A program made the translations under genes and the position numbers. The notes beneath the pieces were generated by a model that saw only the letters and a program-made list of their open reading frames with translations, had not been told where the DNA came from and did no database searches. A stretch of 50,683 nucleotides of DNA from Corynebacterium sp. (GTDB taxonomy: Bacteria > Actinomycetota > Actinomycetes > Mycobacteriales > Mycobacteriaceae), in contig NZ_DURI01000373.1 in assembly GCF_012837295.1 (NCBI RefSeq), positions 1-50,683 of the forward strand, written 5' to 3'. Below, piece by piece: positions 28,925 through 39,404 of the stretch. How positions within the stretch are numbered: the stretch's first letter is position 1; every line of letters starts with the position of its first letter.

Positions 28925-31000
28925 TCAGCGCGCAGCGGCCCCCGCCTGGGCCAGCGCGGCGTCGATTTGCTCGCCCAGCAGCGGGGCGAGCGATCGGGCG
29001 TAGGCGTTGGTCATGTGGTCTCGGTCGCGGTAGACGACGATGTTGCCGATGACCGGCGAGCACCAGTCGAACTGACAGAACCAGTCGGCGGTGTCCGCGG
29101 ACCAGGCCGTCGGCCATTGCGAAAGAACCCGGTCGGCGGGGTTTTCCGGCTCGTAGATCCGGGACCGGGGCACGGCGCAGTTGGGCCAGTCGTCCTGCTG
29201 GCGCATGCACCGGTTGGGGTAGAACGGCGTGCCGTTCTCGTCGACGAGGCGCGGGTTGTCGCGCAGCCCGAGGAATGGGATGCCGTGGTCGGCCAATTCG
29301 GCCCAGAAATCGTCGGCGCCGACGACGACCTGCTCGACTTCGCGGCGTTTCCCGCGCGACGAGGTGGTGCTCACGGAGACGACGAGTTCGGGATCGAGCT
29401 CGACGAGCCGGTCGATCGCGCCGCGCGACCACGTCACGCAATCGCGCTCGACGAACCAGGACGTCCGCAGGGTCAGCGGGCACGCCTCGCGCAGCATCGT
29501 CACGACGCGGAAGCCCCGTTCCAGGCCGAGCATGTGCAGCGGTTCGACGTAGGTGTCGGCGTGGGAATGGCCGACGATGGCGACGGTCATGTCCGCGTCG
29601 ACGTCGCCGTAGACGCAGTCGGGGTACTCGTCGGTCGGCGCGTCCATCTTCACCAGACACCCGTCCCGCCACGATCGGGTGCCGATGTGCTCGGGCAGTT
29701 CCGGGTACGGCTCCGCAGTGGGCACCTCGATGCTGCCGTCGGCGGCCATTGCCCCGGGGTAGACGGCCGGATCCAACTCGCGGGAGTCGATGCGGTCGAG
29801 GTGGGCGATCCACGCCGTGTTGGCGAACAGTCCCGCCACGACGAGTGCGCCGATGACGGCGGCCGCGGCGATCTTCGGTCTGCGGCGCGGCGTCGGCTCC
29901 GCGGTCGACTCCGGGGCGGCGGGCGTGTCGGGCGTGTCGGGGGTGTCGGCGGTGCGTCGCGGCCCCTGCTCCTGGAGGGGCTTTTCGACGTAGTTGTGGG
30001 TCGCATCGGCCAGCAGCAACGACAGGCCGATGACCACGAGGCCCAACCACACCGGCACATCCCAGTTGCCGGTCGCATGGGCGATGAGGATCAGCAGCGG
30101 CCAGTGCCACAGGTAGAGCGGATAGGCGACGCGACCCAGCCACTGCATGGGCGCCGACCGCAGGACGTCGCCGGTGCGGCCGGATCCGTCGGACAGGACG
30201 ATCAGCGCGGCGCCGCCGATGGGCAGCAGCGACAGCGGCCCGGGAAACGCGGTGGTGTCGCGAATGACGAATCCAGTGGCCACCATCATGGCGACGCCGG
30301 CGAACGACGCGGCGCCGCTCAGTGACGCCGGCACGCGCAGCTTATGGCCGTAGACGGCGAGCACGCCGCCGAGCGTCATCTGCCACAACCGCGTCCACGT
30401 CGAGTAGTAGTCGTCCATCCCGCCGTACAGTCCGCCGCGCGACGCCCACGCGAAGGAGGCGATCGTGGCGACGATGAGCAACGGCCCGACGAGGCGGCGG
30501 CGGAAGAAGGGCCATGCGGCGCACAGCGACCCGACCAGGATGGCCATGAAGTAAAACTGGCCCTGCACCGACATCGACCACAGATGCTGCAGCGGGCTCG
30601 GTGCCGTCGTCGCAGCGGCGTACGCCGCCTCTTGGTCGATGAGCTCCCAGTTGAGCACGTATGTCAGCGCCGCCCGCACCTGCCGGGTCAGCTGCTCCGA
30701 CATCCAGTCGGGGGCGAACATGACCAGGATCAACGCCGACCCGGCCATCGCCGTCACCAGCGACGGCACGAGGCGGCGGATGGTCCGCAACAGGGGCCAC
30801 AGCGGGTTGGCCAGCGCCCCCGGGCGGCCCGCGTAGCGGATCTGCGAGCCGAGGAAGAAGTACCCGGCCAGCATGAGGAACACGTCCACGCCGCCGGACA
30901 CCCGGCCGACGAAGACGTGGAAGACGACCACGAGCGCGATGGCGAGGCCGCGCACTCCGTCCAGGTCAGTGCGGCGCGCGGCCGGTGCTCCCCCGCTCAC
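28925..31000 (-). CDS. Acyltransferase-3 plus SGNH-hydrolase fusion (OatA/OafA-like O-acyltransferase)
   Basis: [28 protein letters not shown] and YPLYLWHWP in the membrane domain. GHSHA and YRDRDH (DxxH) in the extracellular domain. GTG start at 31000 inferred. Confidence 0.9.
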   Translation of the reverse strand: MSGGAPAARRTDLDGVRGLAIALVVVFHVFVGRVSGGVDVFLMLAGYFFLGSQIRYAGRPGALANPLWPLLRTIRRLVPSLVTAMAGSALILVMFAPDWMSEQLTRQVRAALTYVLNWELIDQEAAYAAATTAPSPLQHLWSMSVQGQFYFMAILVGSLCAAWPFFRRRLVGPLLIVATIASFAWASRGGLYGGMDDYYSTWTRLWQMTLGGVLAVYGHKLRVPASLSGAASFAGVAMMVATGFVIRDTTAFPGPLSLLPIGGAALIVLSDGSGRTGDVLRSAPMQWLGRVAYPLYLWHWPLLILIAHATGNWDVPVWLGLVVIGLSLLLADATHNYVEKPLQEQGPRRTADTPDTPDTPAAPESTAEPTPRRRPKIAAAAVIGALVVAGLFANTAWIAHLDRIDSRELDPAVYPGAMAADGSIEVPTAEPYPELPEHIGTRSWRDGCLVKMDAPTDEYPDCVYGDVDADMTVAIVGHSHADTYVEPLHMLGLERGFRVVTMLREACPLTLRTSWFVERDCVTWSRGAIDRLVELDPELVVSVSTTSSRGKRREVEQVVVGADDFWAELADHGIPFLGLRDNPRLVDENGTPFYPNRCMRQQDDWPNCAVPRSRIYEPENPADRVLSQWPTAWSADTADWFCQFDWCSPVIGNIVVYRDRDHMTNAYARSLAPLLGEQIDAALAQAGAAAR

Positions 31001-31028
31001 CTTCTCGCCCCCGTGCCCGTGGTCGGTG

Positions 31029-31931
31029 TTACCAGCCGCGCTCGGCCAGGCGATGCGGCTGCGGGATCTCGTCGACGTTGATGCCGACCATCGCTTCGCC
31101 GAGGCCGCGGGACACGTCGGCGACCACCTTCGGGTCGTCGTAGTGCTGGGTGGCCTGGACGATGGCCTTGGCGCGCTCGGACGGGTTGCCGGACTTGAAG
31201 ATGCCCGAGCCGACGAAGACGCCCTCGGCACCGAGCTGCATCATCATCGCGGCGTCGGCCGGGGTGGCGATGCCGCCCGCGGTGAACAGCACCACGGGGA
31301 GCTTTCCCTTCTCGGCGACCTCGCGGACCAGCTCGTACGGGGCCTGCAGCTCCTTGGCCGCGACGTACAGCTCGTCGGGGGCCATCGACTTCAGGCGGTT
31401 GATCTCGGCGCGGATGGTGCGCATGTGGGTCACCGCGTTGGACACGTCGCCGGTGCCGGCCTCGCCCTTGGAGCGGATCATGGCCGCGCCCTCGTTGATG
31501 CGGCGCAGGGCCTCGCCCAGGTTCGTGGCGCCGCAGACGAACGGCACGGTGAAGTCGAACTTGTCGATGTGGTTGGCGTAATCGGCGGGGGTGAGAACCT
31601 CCGACTCGTCGATGAAGTCGACGCCCAGGGACTGGAGCACCTGCGCCTCGACGAAGTGGCCGATGCGGGCCTTCGCCATGACGGGGATGGACACGGCCTC
31701 GATGATGCCCTCGATCATGTCCGGATCCGACATGCGGGACACGCCGCCCTCGGCGCGGATGTCGGCGGGAACGCGCTCGAGCGCCATGACGGCGGTGGCG
31801 CCGGCGTCCTCGGCGATCTTCGCCTGCTCCGGGGTGACGACGTCCATGATGACGCCGCCCTTCAGCATCTCGGCGAAGCCCCGCTTCACGCGGGCGGTGC
31901 CGTGGCTGGTGTTGTTGTCGGAGGTGGTCAA
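31029..31931 (-). CDS. pdxS: Pyridoxal 5'-phosphate synthase lyase subunit
   Basis: [51 protein letters not shown]. Confidence 0.98.
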   Translation of the reverse strand: MTTSDNNTSHGTARVKRGFAEMLKGGVIMDVVTPEQAKIAEDAGATAVMALERVPADIRAEGGVSRMSDPDMIEGIIEAVSIPVMAKARIGHFVEAQVLQSLGVDFIDESEVLTPADYANHIDKFDFTVPFVCGATNLGEALRRINEGAAMIRSKGEAGTGDVSNAVTHMRTIRAEINRLKSMAPDELYVAAKELQAPYELVREVAEKGKLPVVLFTAGGIATPADAAMMMQLGAEGVFVGSGIFKSGNPSERAKAIVQATQHYDDPKVVADVSRGLGEAMVGINVDEIPQPHRLAERGW

Positions 31932-31997
31932 CGAAACCTGCTTTCTGGAGGTTCAATCCGGTGTTCGTCCCGGGCGCCGCGCGCCCGACGACTGACA

Positions 31998-32029
31998 ACT
32001 ATAGACCCGCCTATAGACCGTGCCGTCTA
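31998..32029 (-). promoter_or_regulatory. pdxS promoter with direct repeats (PdxR/MocR-type operator candidate)
   Basis: CTATAGACC twice (31999-32007, 32011-32019) plus an inverted GTCTA (32025-32029). The first repeat overlaps a minus-strand -10 TATAGT. Confidence 0.6.
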
Positions 32030-32046
32030 GCGACCCCGAATTTCGT

Positions 32047-32550
32047 TCAACGCCCCTGCGGGGCTTCCACCGACGCGTCGAAATACTCGGGAATCGGCGC
32101 GGTTCCGGCCAACCGCAGGCCCCGCACCAGCGGGCGCATGCGCAGCATCCGGGTGTCGGTGACGGCGTCATTGTAGAACCGGCGGGCCAGCTCGACGCGG
32201 GTGGTCGCGTCGTGCAGCTCGATGGCCAGGGCGGCCTCCGGGGGACGCGCGTCCAGGGCCTCCGCCAGCTTCGCGCCGAGGGTGTTCTCCGCGTCGGCGC
32301 GGGCATGCGGGTCGGCCGACGTCAACCGGCGCGCTTCGGCGCGGGCGACGTCCGGGCCAAGTTCCGGGTACGCGGCACGGGCGACGGCGCCGCGTCGACC
32401 GAGTGCGGCCTCCAGCGACGACCGCGCGAGGTCCGTGCGCACGTGCATCCGGTTCAGGCGCGTCGCCGTCGCCGACGCCAGCAGCGCCGCCACGAGAAGC
32501 ACCACGGCCAGGATCGCGAGCACGACGGCCCACCACGGTACGAGGATCAC
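32047..32550 (-). CDS. Membrane-anchored hypothetical protein (Rv2609c N-terminal/LemA-like)
   Basis: TM then RLNRMHVRTDLA...ARRFYNDAV. GTGA-coupled to pimA, as in the PIM locus. Confidence 0.8.
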   Translation of the reverse strand: MILVPWWAVVLAILAVVLLVAALLASATATRLNRMHVRTDLARSSLEAALGRRGAVARAAYPELGPDVARAEARRLTSADPHARADAENTLGAKLAEALDARPPEAALAIELHDATTRVELARRFYNDAVTDTRMLRMRPLVRGLRLAGTAPIPEYFDASVEAPQGR

Positions 32551-33686
32551 GAGACGACCACCTTTTCCCCGTCCATCCGGACGGTGTCGTAGACCTGCAG
32601 CACCTTATCGGCGATCGTGGACCAGTCGAACTCCCCCGCGCGCTCGTGCCCGGACGCCACGAGCCCCGCCCGCCGGTCGTCGTCGGAAAGCAAGGAGATG
32701 ACCGTGCGGGCGAGATCCGCGGAATCGCCGTTGCGGAAATGGTCGCCGAATCGGCCGTCGTCCAGGACGAGGCGGAAGGCGTCGAGGTCGGAGGAGATCA
32801 CCGCGGCGCCGGCGGCCATGGCCTCCACGAGCACGATGCCGAAGCTCTCGCCGCCGCGCTGTGGGGCGACGTACGCGTCCGCCGATTTCAGCGCCGCCGC
32901 CTTGGCCTCCTCGGACACGCGCCCGGTGAAGCGCAGCACGTCGGCGTGTTCACCGGCCCGCCGCACCGCCTGGGCCCGGTCGCCGTCGCCGATGACGAGG
33001 ATCTCCAAGTCCGGGAACACCCGCCGCATGGCGGGCACGGCGTCGAGGAGGACGGGCAGACCCTTGCGGGGTTCGTCGAAGCGCCCGAGGAACACCAGGC
33101 GTTTCGTTCCCGGCGGCGGCGCACCGATTTCGGGCACGTCGGCGGCGTCGGGCGCGGCGGCGTAGTCGGCCACGCGCACGCCGTTGGGGATGAGAACCGG
33201 GTCGCCGCCCAGCTGCTCGACCTGCCAGCGCCGGGCGACCTCGGACACGGCGATGCCGCCGCGGATCCGCTCGAGCATCGGCCGCAGGAAAGGGGTGGCC
33301 AGCTTCAGCGCCAGCGATTCCGTCGCGGCCGAGTGGTACGTGGCCACGATCGGCCCGACCGCCGCGCGCACGGCGAGCATGGAGTAGCTGGGCGAATTCG
33401 GTTCGTGGATGTGCAGGACGTCGAAGTCCCCGCGCTCGATCCACCGCCGCACCTTCCGCGCGGTCACGGGACCGAACGCCAGCCGCGCCACCGACCCGTT
33501 GTACGGGATCGGGATCGCGCGCCCGCCGCGCTCGACGAAGTCGGGCACCTCGACGGTCGGGCCGGCGGGCCCGATGAGGCTCACCTCGTGGCCCCGGGCC
33601 CGGAACTCCTCGCAGAGGTCGATCGCGTGCGCCTGCACGCCGCCGGGCACGTCGAACGAGTACGGGCAGACCATTCCGATGCGCAT
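32547..33686 (-). CDS. pimA: Phosphatidyl-myo-inositol alpha-mannosyltransferase (GT4)
   Basis: MRIGMVCPYSFDVPGGVQ, HIHEP, GRFDEPRKG, GGESFGIVLVEAMAAG. Confidence 0.96.
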   Translation of the reverse strand: MRIGMVCPYSFDVPGGVQAHAIDLCEEFRARGHEVSLIGPAGPTVEVPDFVERGGRAIPIPYNGSVARLAFGPVTARKVRRWIERGDFDVLHIHEPNSPSYSMLAVRAAVGPIVATYHSAATESLALKLATPFLRPMLERIRGGIAVSEVARRWQVEQLGGDPVLIPNGVRVADYAAAPDAADVPEIGAPPPGTKRLVFLGRFDEPRKGLPVLLDAVPAMRRVFPDLEILVIGDGDRAQAVRRAGEHADVLRFTGRVSEEAKAAALKSADAYVAPQRGGESFGIVLVEAMAAGAAVISSDLDAFRLVLDDGRFGDHFRNGDSADLARTVISLLSDDDRRAGLVASGHERAGEFDWSTIADKVLQVYDTVRMDGEKVVVS

Positions 33687-33689
33687 GGC

Positions 33690-34628
33690 TCAGTCCCCCG
33701 CCTTTCCGTTCGCGTCCGGCTCGGTTGCTTTGCGACGCCTGCGCGCCTGCCGGTCCGCCGTCCACAGCGGCTGCAGCATGTGCCAATCCGCGGGATGCGC
33801 CGCGATGTCGGACTCCATGAGTGCGGCGCAGTCCTGGACGACGTCCGCCACGTCGCGGCCCTCGGCGGGAACCGCGGGGTGGACCTTCAGCCCCCAGTCG
33901 TCGCCGTCGAACCACAGGCCCGCCACATGCAGTGCCGCGCCGGTGTCGCGGGCGAGCTGCGCCGCGCCGATGGGCATGATCGTCTTCTCTCCGAAGAAGT
34001 CCACCTCGGCGCCGCGGCCGCCGAAATCGCGTTCGCCGACGAGCGCCACGACTCCCCCGGCGTCCAACCGCGCCCGAAGCCCGGCCATCGGGGGTTCGCC
34101 TCCGGTCAGAGGCAGAATCTCGAATCCGAGGCCTTCCCGGAAATCGACGAAGGCGTCGTAAAGCTCCTCGGGCCGCAGGCGCTCGGCGACCGTGGTGAAG
34201 CCTCCGAAGCGCCGTGCCGCCCACATGCCGGCCATGTCCCAATTGCCGGAGTGCGTGACCAGCAGGATGATGCCGCGGCCTGCGGCGGCGGATTCCTCCA
34301 GAAGCCCGCGACCGCGGATCATGCCGCCGATGCGCTCGGCCAGCTCCGGGCCGGCGATGGCGGGCAACCGGAACGCCTCGACCCAGTAGCGCAGATAGCT
34401 GCGCATCGACGCCTTGACCAGCGCGTCGGGGACCTCGTCGGCGGGCAACCCGGTGACGCGCGCCAGGTTGCGGCGCAGCTGCTCGGGCCCGCGGCCATCG
34501 TCGGAAAACCGGTCGGCGGCCTTCATCGCCGCCCACATGACGGGACGCTCGGGCAGCTTGCCCACGATCTTCCAGCCGGCCAGGTAGCCGAGCGCGGCGA
34601 CGTCATCGCGCGTGCGCGGCAACCTCAT
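33690..34628 (-). CDS. patA: Phosphatidylinositol mannoside acyltransferase
   Basis: YWVEAFRLP, HSGNWDMAG, ERLRPE and PADWHMLQPLW. Located between pgsA and pimA. Confidence 0.93.
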   Translation of the reverse strand: MRLPRTRDDVAALGYLAGWKIVGKLPERPVMWAAMKAADRFSDDGRGPEQLRRNLARVTGLPADEVPDALVKASMRSYLRYWVEAFRLPAIAGPELAERIGGMIRGRGLLEESAAAGRGIILLVTHSGNWDMAGMWAARRFGGFTTVAERLRPEELYDAFVDFREGLGFEILPLTGGEPPMAGLRARLDAGGVVALVGERDFGGRGAEVDFFGEKTIMPIGAAQLARDTGAALHVAGLWFDGDDWGLKVHPAVPAEGRDVADVVQDCAALMESDIAAHPADWHMLQPLWTADRQARRRRKATEPDANGKAGD

Positions 34629-35293
34629 GCGCGCTCCCCGGCCGTGCGATCGGCGTCGCGGGCGCCCTTCGGCGGAGCGATGCACTCGCCGGCGCCCGGG
34701 TTGCGGCCGACCATGACCAGGCGCTGCACGACCGTGAACACGGAGCCGACGGCCAGCAGCCACATGGAGATCTCCACGGCCCACGGCACGCCGAGGCCGT
34801 GGATGCCGATGCCCACCAGCGCGATGATCAGCCGCTCCGGGCGCTCGACCAGGCCACCGTCGACCGCGAAGCCCGACGCCTCGGCGCGGGCCTTGACGTA
34901 GGAGGTCACCTGACCGGCGACCAGGCAGATGAGCACCGCGACGATGAGGTGACCGGGCGCCCCGTGGGAATGGATCACCCACCAGAGGATCGCGCCGAAA
35001 AGCGCGCCGTCGGTGATTCGGTCGCAGCTGGCGTCGAGCACCGCGCCGAAGCGGGTGCCGCCGCCGCGAAGGCGCGCCATCGTGCCGTCGAGCAGGTCGA
35101 ACGCCGCGAACAGACCGGTGAGCACCGCCGCCGCGAACAGGTGCCCGGTCGGGATCAGCGTCACGGAAATCACGATCGCCGCGACCGTCCCGAAGATCGT
35201 CATCGCGTTGGGCGACACGCCCATCGAGTTCAGCGCGCGGGCGATCGGCTCGACGACGGGTGCGATCGGCCTGCGGCCGCGGGCGCTGAGCAT
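34625..35293 (-). CDS. pgsA: Phosphatidylinositol phosphate synthase (CDP-alcohol phosphotransferase)
   Basis: SPNAMT, DLLDGTMAR..G.VLDASCDRITD, SYVKARAE, ERPER. Confidence 0.95.
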   Translation of the reverse strand: MLSARGRRPIAPVVEPIARALNSMGVSPNAMTIFGTVAAIVISVTLIPTGHLFAAAVLTGLFAAFDLLDGTMARLRGGGTRFGAVLDASCDRITDGALFGAILWWVIHSHGAPGHLIVAVLICLVAGQVTSYVKARAEASGFAVDGGLVERPERLIIALVGIGIHGLGVPWAVEISMWLLAVGSVFTVVQRLVMVGRNPGAGECIAPPKGARDADRTAGERA

Positions 35294-35332
35294 GGTCGGT
35301 CCTCTCGGTTGATCCTCGTGGGTGGGCGGGCG

Positions 35333-35926
35333 CTACCAGGCGTCGGCCAGGATGGCGCGGGTGTCGCGCAGCATCTGCGGCAGCACCTTCACCCCGTCGA
35401 TGACGGTCATGAAATTGGAGTCGCCGGACCACCGGGGCACGACGTGCATGTGCAGATGCTCCCCCACCGAACCCCCGGACGCACGCCCGAGGTTGAAGCC
35501 GACGTTGAGCGCGTGCGGCCGCGAGACCTTCTTCAGGGTCCGGATCGCCCGCTGCCCGAAGGCCATCAACTCCGCCATCTCCTCGTCGGTGAGGTCCTCC
35601 AGGTTCGCGACCTGGCGGTACGGCACCACCATGAGATGCCCGGCATTGTACGGGTACAGGTTGAGCACGCAGTAGACCAACTCGCCGCGCGCCACGATCA
35701 GCGCGTCCTCGTCGGAACGCTCCGGCAGCTCGACGAACGGGTTGCGCGAACGAGATTCGCTTGACGACGACCCCTCGTCCCCGTCGCCGGCCCGCGCCTT
35801 CGAGGCGCCGTTGTCCGCGATGTAGTGCATCCGGTACGGCGCCCACAGGCGCTCGAGGCGATCCGGTTCCCCGGCGCCCCGATCGACGAGGGTGTCTTCG
35901 GGGTGGCCGTCAGCGTCGTGAAGCAA
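35333..35926 (-). CDS. HIT-family protein (Rv2613c-like Ap4A phosphorylase)
   Basis: [33 protein letters not shown]. The TTG start overlapping the thrS end is approximate. Confidence 0.9.
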   Translation of the reverse strand: MLHDADGHPEDTLVDRGAGEPDRLERLWAPYRMHYIADNGASKARAGDGDEGSSSSESRSRNPFVELPERSDEDALIVARGELVYCVLNLYPYNAGHLMVVPYRQVANLEDLTDEEMAELMAFGQRAIRTLKKVSRPHALNVGFNLGRASGGSVGEHLHMHVVPRWSGDSNFMTVIDGVKVLPQMLRDTRAILADAW

Positions 35927-37967
35927 TGTTCTCACCGTCGGGCTGGTCGTTGATCCGCTCCGCGACCCAGGAGGCGACGAGATCGGCGGCCTCGGCCACC
36001 GGCACGCCGTTGATCTGAGAGCCGTCGAGGAAGCGGAAGGACACCGCGCCGGCCTCGACGTCGCGTGCACCGGCCAGCACCATGAACGGCACCTTCGCCT
36101 GCGTATGGTTGCGGATCTTCTTCTGCATGCGGTCGTCGGAGACGTCGACGTGCGCACGCAGACCGCGGGACTTCAGCTCCGCGACGAACCCGTCCAGGTG
36201 CGGGATGCAGTCGTCGGCGACCGGGATGCCCACGACCTGCTCCGGGGCCAGCCACGCCGGGAACGCGCCCACGTAGTGCTCCAGCAGCACGCCGAAGAAG
36301 CGCTCGATGGAACCGAAGAGCGCGCGGTGGATCATGATCGGGCGCTTCTTCGTGCCATCGGACGCCGTGTACTCCAGGTTCATGCGCTCGGGCATGTTGA
36401 AGTCGAGCTGCACGGTGGACATCTGCCACGTGCGGCCGATGGCGTCGCGGGCCTGGACGGAGATCTTCGGGCCGTAGAAGGCCGCCCCGCCCGGATCCGG
36501 CACCAGGTCGAGACCCGAGGCGTCGGCGACGCGCTGCAGGATCGCCGTGGAACGCTCCCAGATCTCGTCCGAGCCCACGAACTTCTTCTCGTCCTTCGTG
36601 GACAGCTCCAGGTAGAAGTCGTCGAGGCCGTAGTCCTTGAGCAGCGAGATGATGAAGTCCAGGACGTCGGTGAGCTCCTGCTCGAGCTGCTCGTCCGTGC
36701 AGTAGATGTGCGCGTCGTCCTGCGTGAAGCCGCGCGCGCGGGTCAGGCCGTGGACGACGCCCGACTTCTCGTAGCGGTACACCGTGCCGAACTCGAACAT
36801 GCGGATCGGCAGCTCACGATAGGAACGGCCGCGGGAACCGAACACCAGGTTGTGCATCGGGCAGTTCATCGGCTTGACGTAGTAGTCCTGCGGCTGCTTC
36901 GTGCAGTTGCCCTCGGCGTCGTACTCGCCGTCGAGCTGCATCGGGGGGAACATGCCCTCCTTGTAGAAGCCCAGGTGGCCAGACTGCTCGAACAGGTCGC
37001 CCTTGGTCACGTGCGGGGTGTTGACGAAGTCGTACCCAGCCTCGATGTGGCGGCGGCGGGAATGCTGCTCCATCTCGTTGCGGATGATGCCGCCCTTGAC
37101 GTGGAAGACCGGCAGGCCCGAACCGATCTCGTCGGGGAAGCTGAACAGGTCCAGCTCCGCACCGAGACGGCGGTGGTCGCGCTTCTCCGCCTCCAGCAGC
37201 ATGTCCAGGTAGGCGTCCATGGACTCCTTGGACTCCCACGCGGTGCCGTAGATGCGCTGCAGGCCGGCGTTGGACTGATCGCCGCGCCAGTAGGCCGCCG
37301 AGGACCGGGTCAGCGTGAACGCCGGGATGTAGCGGGTGGTGGGCACGTGCGGGCCGCGGCACAGGTCGAACCACTCGGTCTCGCCCGTGCGGGGGTTGAC
37401 GTTGCGGTAGCCGGTCAGCTCGTTTCCGCCCACGTCGACCGTGGCGTCCTCATTGGCGTCGATGTCGCCGGACGACTTGTCGGCGATGAGCTCGAGCTTG
37501 TACGGCTCCTGCGCCAGCTGTTCGGAAGCGTCGTCCGGTGACTCGAAGACGAAGCGCTCGAACTTCTGGCCCGACTTGATGATCTTCTTCATGCGCTTCT
37601 CGATGCGCTTGAGATCTTCCGGCGTGAACGGCTCCGCGACGTCGAAGTCGTAGTAGAAACCGCCGTCGATCGCCGGGCCGATGCCCAGCTTCGTGCCCGG
37701 GAACTCCGCCTGCACGGCCTGCGCCAGCACGTGGGTGGTCGAGTGGCGGATGACCCCGCGGCCGTCCTCCGTGTTCGCGGCGACGGGCTCGACGGTCTCG
37801 TCGACGGCCGGAACGTAGGAGAGGTCTCGCAGGTCACCGCGCGGGTCCCGGACGCAGACGATGGCGTCGGGGCCCTTGTTCGGGTAACCCAAGTCCCGCA
37901 TGGCGGCGCCGGCGGCGACGCCCGCGGGAACGGTGAACGGGGCGGGGATGGTGATGGCTTCGGACAC
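35910..37967 (-). CDS. thrS: Threonine--tRNA ligase
   Basis: [54 protein letters not shown]. Confidence 0.98.
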   Translation of the reverse strand: MSEAITIPAPFTVPAGVAAGAAMRDLGYPNKGPDAIVCVRDPRGDLRDLSYVPAVDETVEPVAANTEDGRGVIRHSTTHVLAQAVQAEFPGTKLGIGPAIDGGFYYDFDVAEPFTPEDLKRIEKRMKKIIKSGQKFERFVFESPDDASEQLAQEPYKLELIADKSSGDIDANEDATVDVGGNELTGYRNVNPRTGETEWFDLCRGPHVPTTRYIPAFTLTRSSAAYWRGDQSNAGLQRIYGTAWESKESMDAYLDMLLEAEKRDHRRLGAELDLFSFPDEIGSGLPVFHVKGGIIRNEMEQHSRRRHIEAGYDFVNTPHVTKGDLFEQSGHLGFYKEGMFPPMQLDGEYDAEGNCTKQPQDYYVKPMNCPMHNLVFGSRGRSYRELPIRMFEFGTVYRYEKSGVVHGLTRARGFTQDDAHIYCTDEQLEQELTDVLDFIISLLKDYGLDDFYLELSTKDEKKFVGSDEIWERSTAILQRVADASGLDLVPDPGGAAFYGPKISVQARDAIGRTWQMSTVQLDFNMPERMNLEYTASDGTKKRPIMIHRALFGSIERFFGVLLEHYVGAFPAWLAPEQVVGIPVADDCIPHLDGFVAELKSRGLRAHVDVSDDRMQKKIRNHTQAKVPFMVLAGARDVEAGAVSFRFLDGSQINGVPVAEAADLVASWVAERINDQPDGENIASRR

Positions 37968-37997
37968 GGCTGGCGTGGCTCCTTCTGGCGGAATCGG

Positions 37998-38026
37998 GCG
38001 GGTGTCGCATACCTGGCGACCCCCGC
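37998..38026 (-). promoter_or_regulatory. thrS leader hairpin with an anticodon-like loop
   Basis: Minus strand GCGGG-G-GTCGC-[CAGGTAT]-GCGAC-A-CCCGC, between a TAAGGT -10 (38037-38042) and the AAGGAG SD (37979-37984). Confidence 0.55.
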
Positions 38027-38057
38027 GGACCCCACAACCTTAGCGCCCCGGGGCGGC

Positions 38058-39287
38058 TCAGTCTTCCAGGAGGTCCTGGGCCCAGTACTCGTCGCCCGCG
38101 GTGCCGCGGGGCATGGCGAACACGGCCGAACCGATGTGGAAGATCCACTCGTTGAGGCGGTCCGCCTCCGCCAGGCGCTTCTGAATGGGATCGAACTGCT
38201 CCAACGGGTTCTTCTGGTAGCAGATGAAGATCAGCCCCGTGTTGGACGTGAAGCGTCCGTCGGGCTCAGGCGGCAGGTCATAGTTGTAGACGCGCCGCAA
38301 GATCTTCTGGTTCGGGAATTCCTTCGGCGGCATGGAACGGGCGACGTGGCTGTTGCGGTCGATCACCGGCAGCCCGTATTCGTCGGTGGCGTCCAAATCC
38401 ACCGGGTCGAACTCGTTCTCCTTGCCCAGGGGCGCGCCGGTGTCGAGCGTGCGGCCCGCGACCTCCTCGCGGCTCGGACGGTCGAGGATGTCCCACCCGT
38501 CGATGTCCATTTCGATGCGCCGCACGACCATCGCGGAACCGCCGCGCAGCCAGTCCGGGCCCGAGTCGATCCACACGACCCGGTCAAAGTCTCCTTCTTC
38601 CCGAGGGTTGACGGTGCCGTCGAGCTGGCCGAACCGGTTGCGCGGGGTCGCGGTGGGCTCCTTCGCGCCCTTGGCGTTGAGAAAGCCCATCTGCACCCAC
38701 CGCACGTCGACGTAGGGCGCCCCGTTCTTGATCATGAACCGCGCCGCATGGGACAGCATCAGCGGATCATCGCAGCAGATCTGCAGGCACAGATCGCCGT
38801 CGTTCCACTCGTCCCGGAGCTGATCGGTCGAATACTCCGGGAGCGGATCCAACCAATCCGGCTTCTGGTCCTCCCGCTCCGCGACGGTGAAGAACTCCGG
38901 CCCGAAGCCCACGGTGAAGGTCAGGTTCGCCGGGGCGTCGTACATCTCGGGTTCCAGGTCCGTGCGCGGCGGCTCGCCCTTCGACATGCGCCGCGCGTCC
39001 TGAGTCCACACCCGCATGAGCCTGCGGAGCCGGTCGCGGTCGACGTCTTCCTTGATGTCGAACGCGATCAGCCACAGGTTGGCCTGGGCCGGCGTGGCGA
39101 TGCCAGCCTGGTGTTCGCCGTCGAACTCGACGGTCTGCGTCTGCAGCGGAGGCCGCTCCGGCTCGTCCGGCTCGCGTTCGAGTCCGATGGCCGCGGCGTT
39201 TCCCGCGGCGGCGACGCTCAACGCGCCGGCCCCCGCGCCCGCCCCGAGTCCGGTGAGGAAACGGCGGCGGGACAGGTTGCTGCTCAT
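38058..39287 (-). CDS. Tat-exported Dyp-type peroxidase
   Basis: Twin-arginine SRRRFL, HQAGI, GQLDGT (GxxDG), NSHV, ILRRVYNY. Confidence 0.93.
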   Translation of the reverse strand: MSSNLSRRRFLTGLGAGAGAGALSVAAAGNAAAIGLEREPDEPERPPLQTQTVEFDGEHQAGIATPAQANLWLIAFDIKEDVDRDRLRRLMRVWTQDARRMSKGEPPRTDLEPEMYDAPANLTFTVGFGPEFFTVAEREDQKPDWLDPLPEYSTDQLRDEWNDGDLCLQICCDDPLMLSHAARFMIKNGAPYVDVRWVQMGFLNAKGAKEPTATPRNRFGQLDGTVNPREEGDFDRVVWIDSGPDWLRGGSAMVVRRIEMDIDGWDILDRPSREEVAGRTLDTGAPLGKENEFDPVDLDATDEYGLPVIDRNSHVARSMPPKEFPNQKILRRVYNYDLPPEPDGRFTSNTGLIFICYQKNPLEQFDPIQKRLAEADRLNEWIFHIGSAVFAMPRGTAGDEYWAQDLLED

Positions 39288-39404
39288 GCGGGTGGTGCTC
39301 CTGGTTCTCATGCGGTGGTGAAGCTGATCGTAAAGCTGATGGTAGAAAGGCGTAGGCGGGCGGCCGACCTCGAATGGGCCGACTCGCCCGCCCGCGGGGA
39401 CGGC

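Noticed and set aside
32047-32550. Truncated NUDIX pseudogene (Rv2609c homologue lacking its C-terminal domain)
   Set aside because: The ORF ends cleanly with no NUDIX remnant downstream, so a short intact form is more parsimonious.
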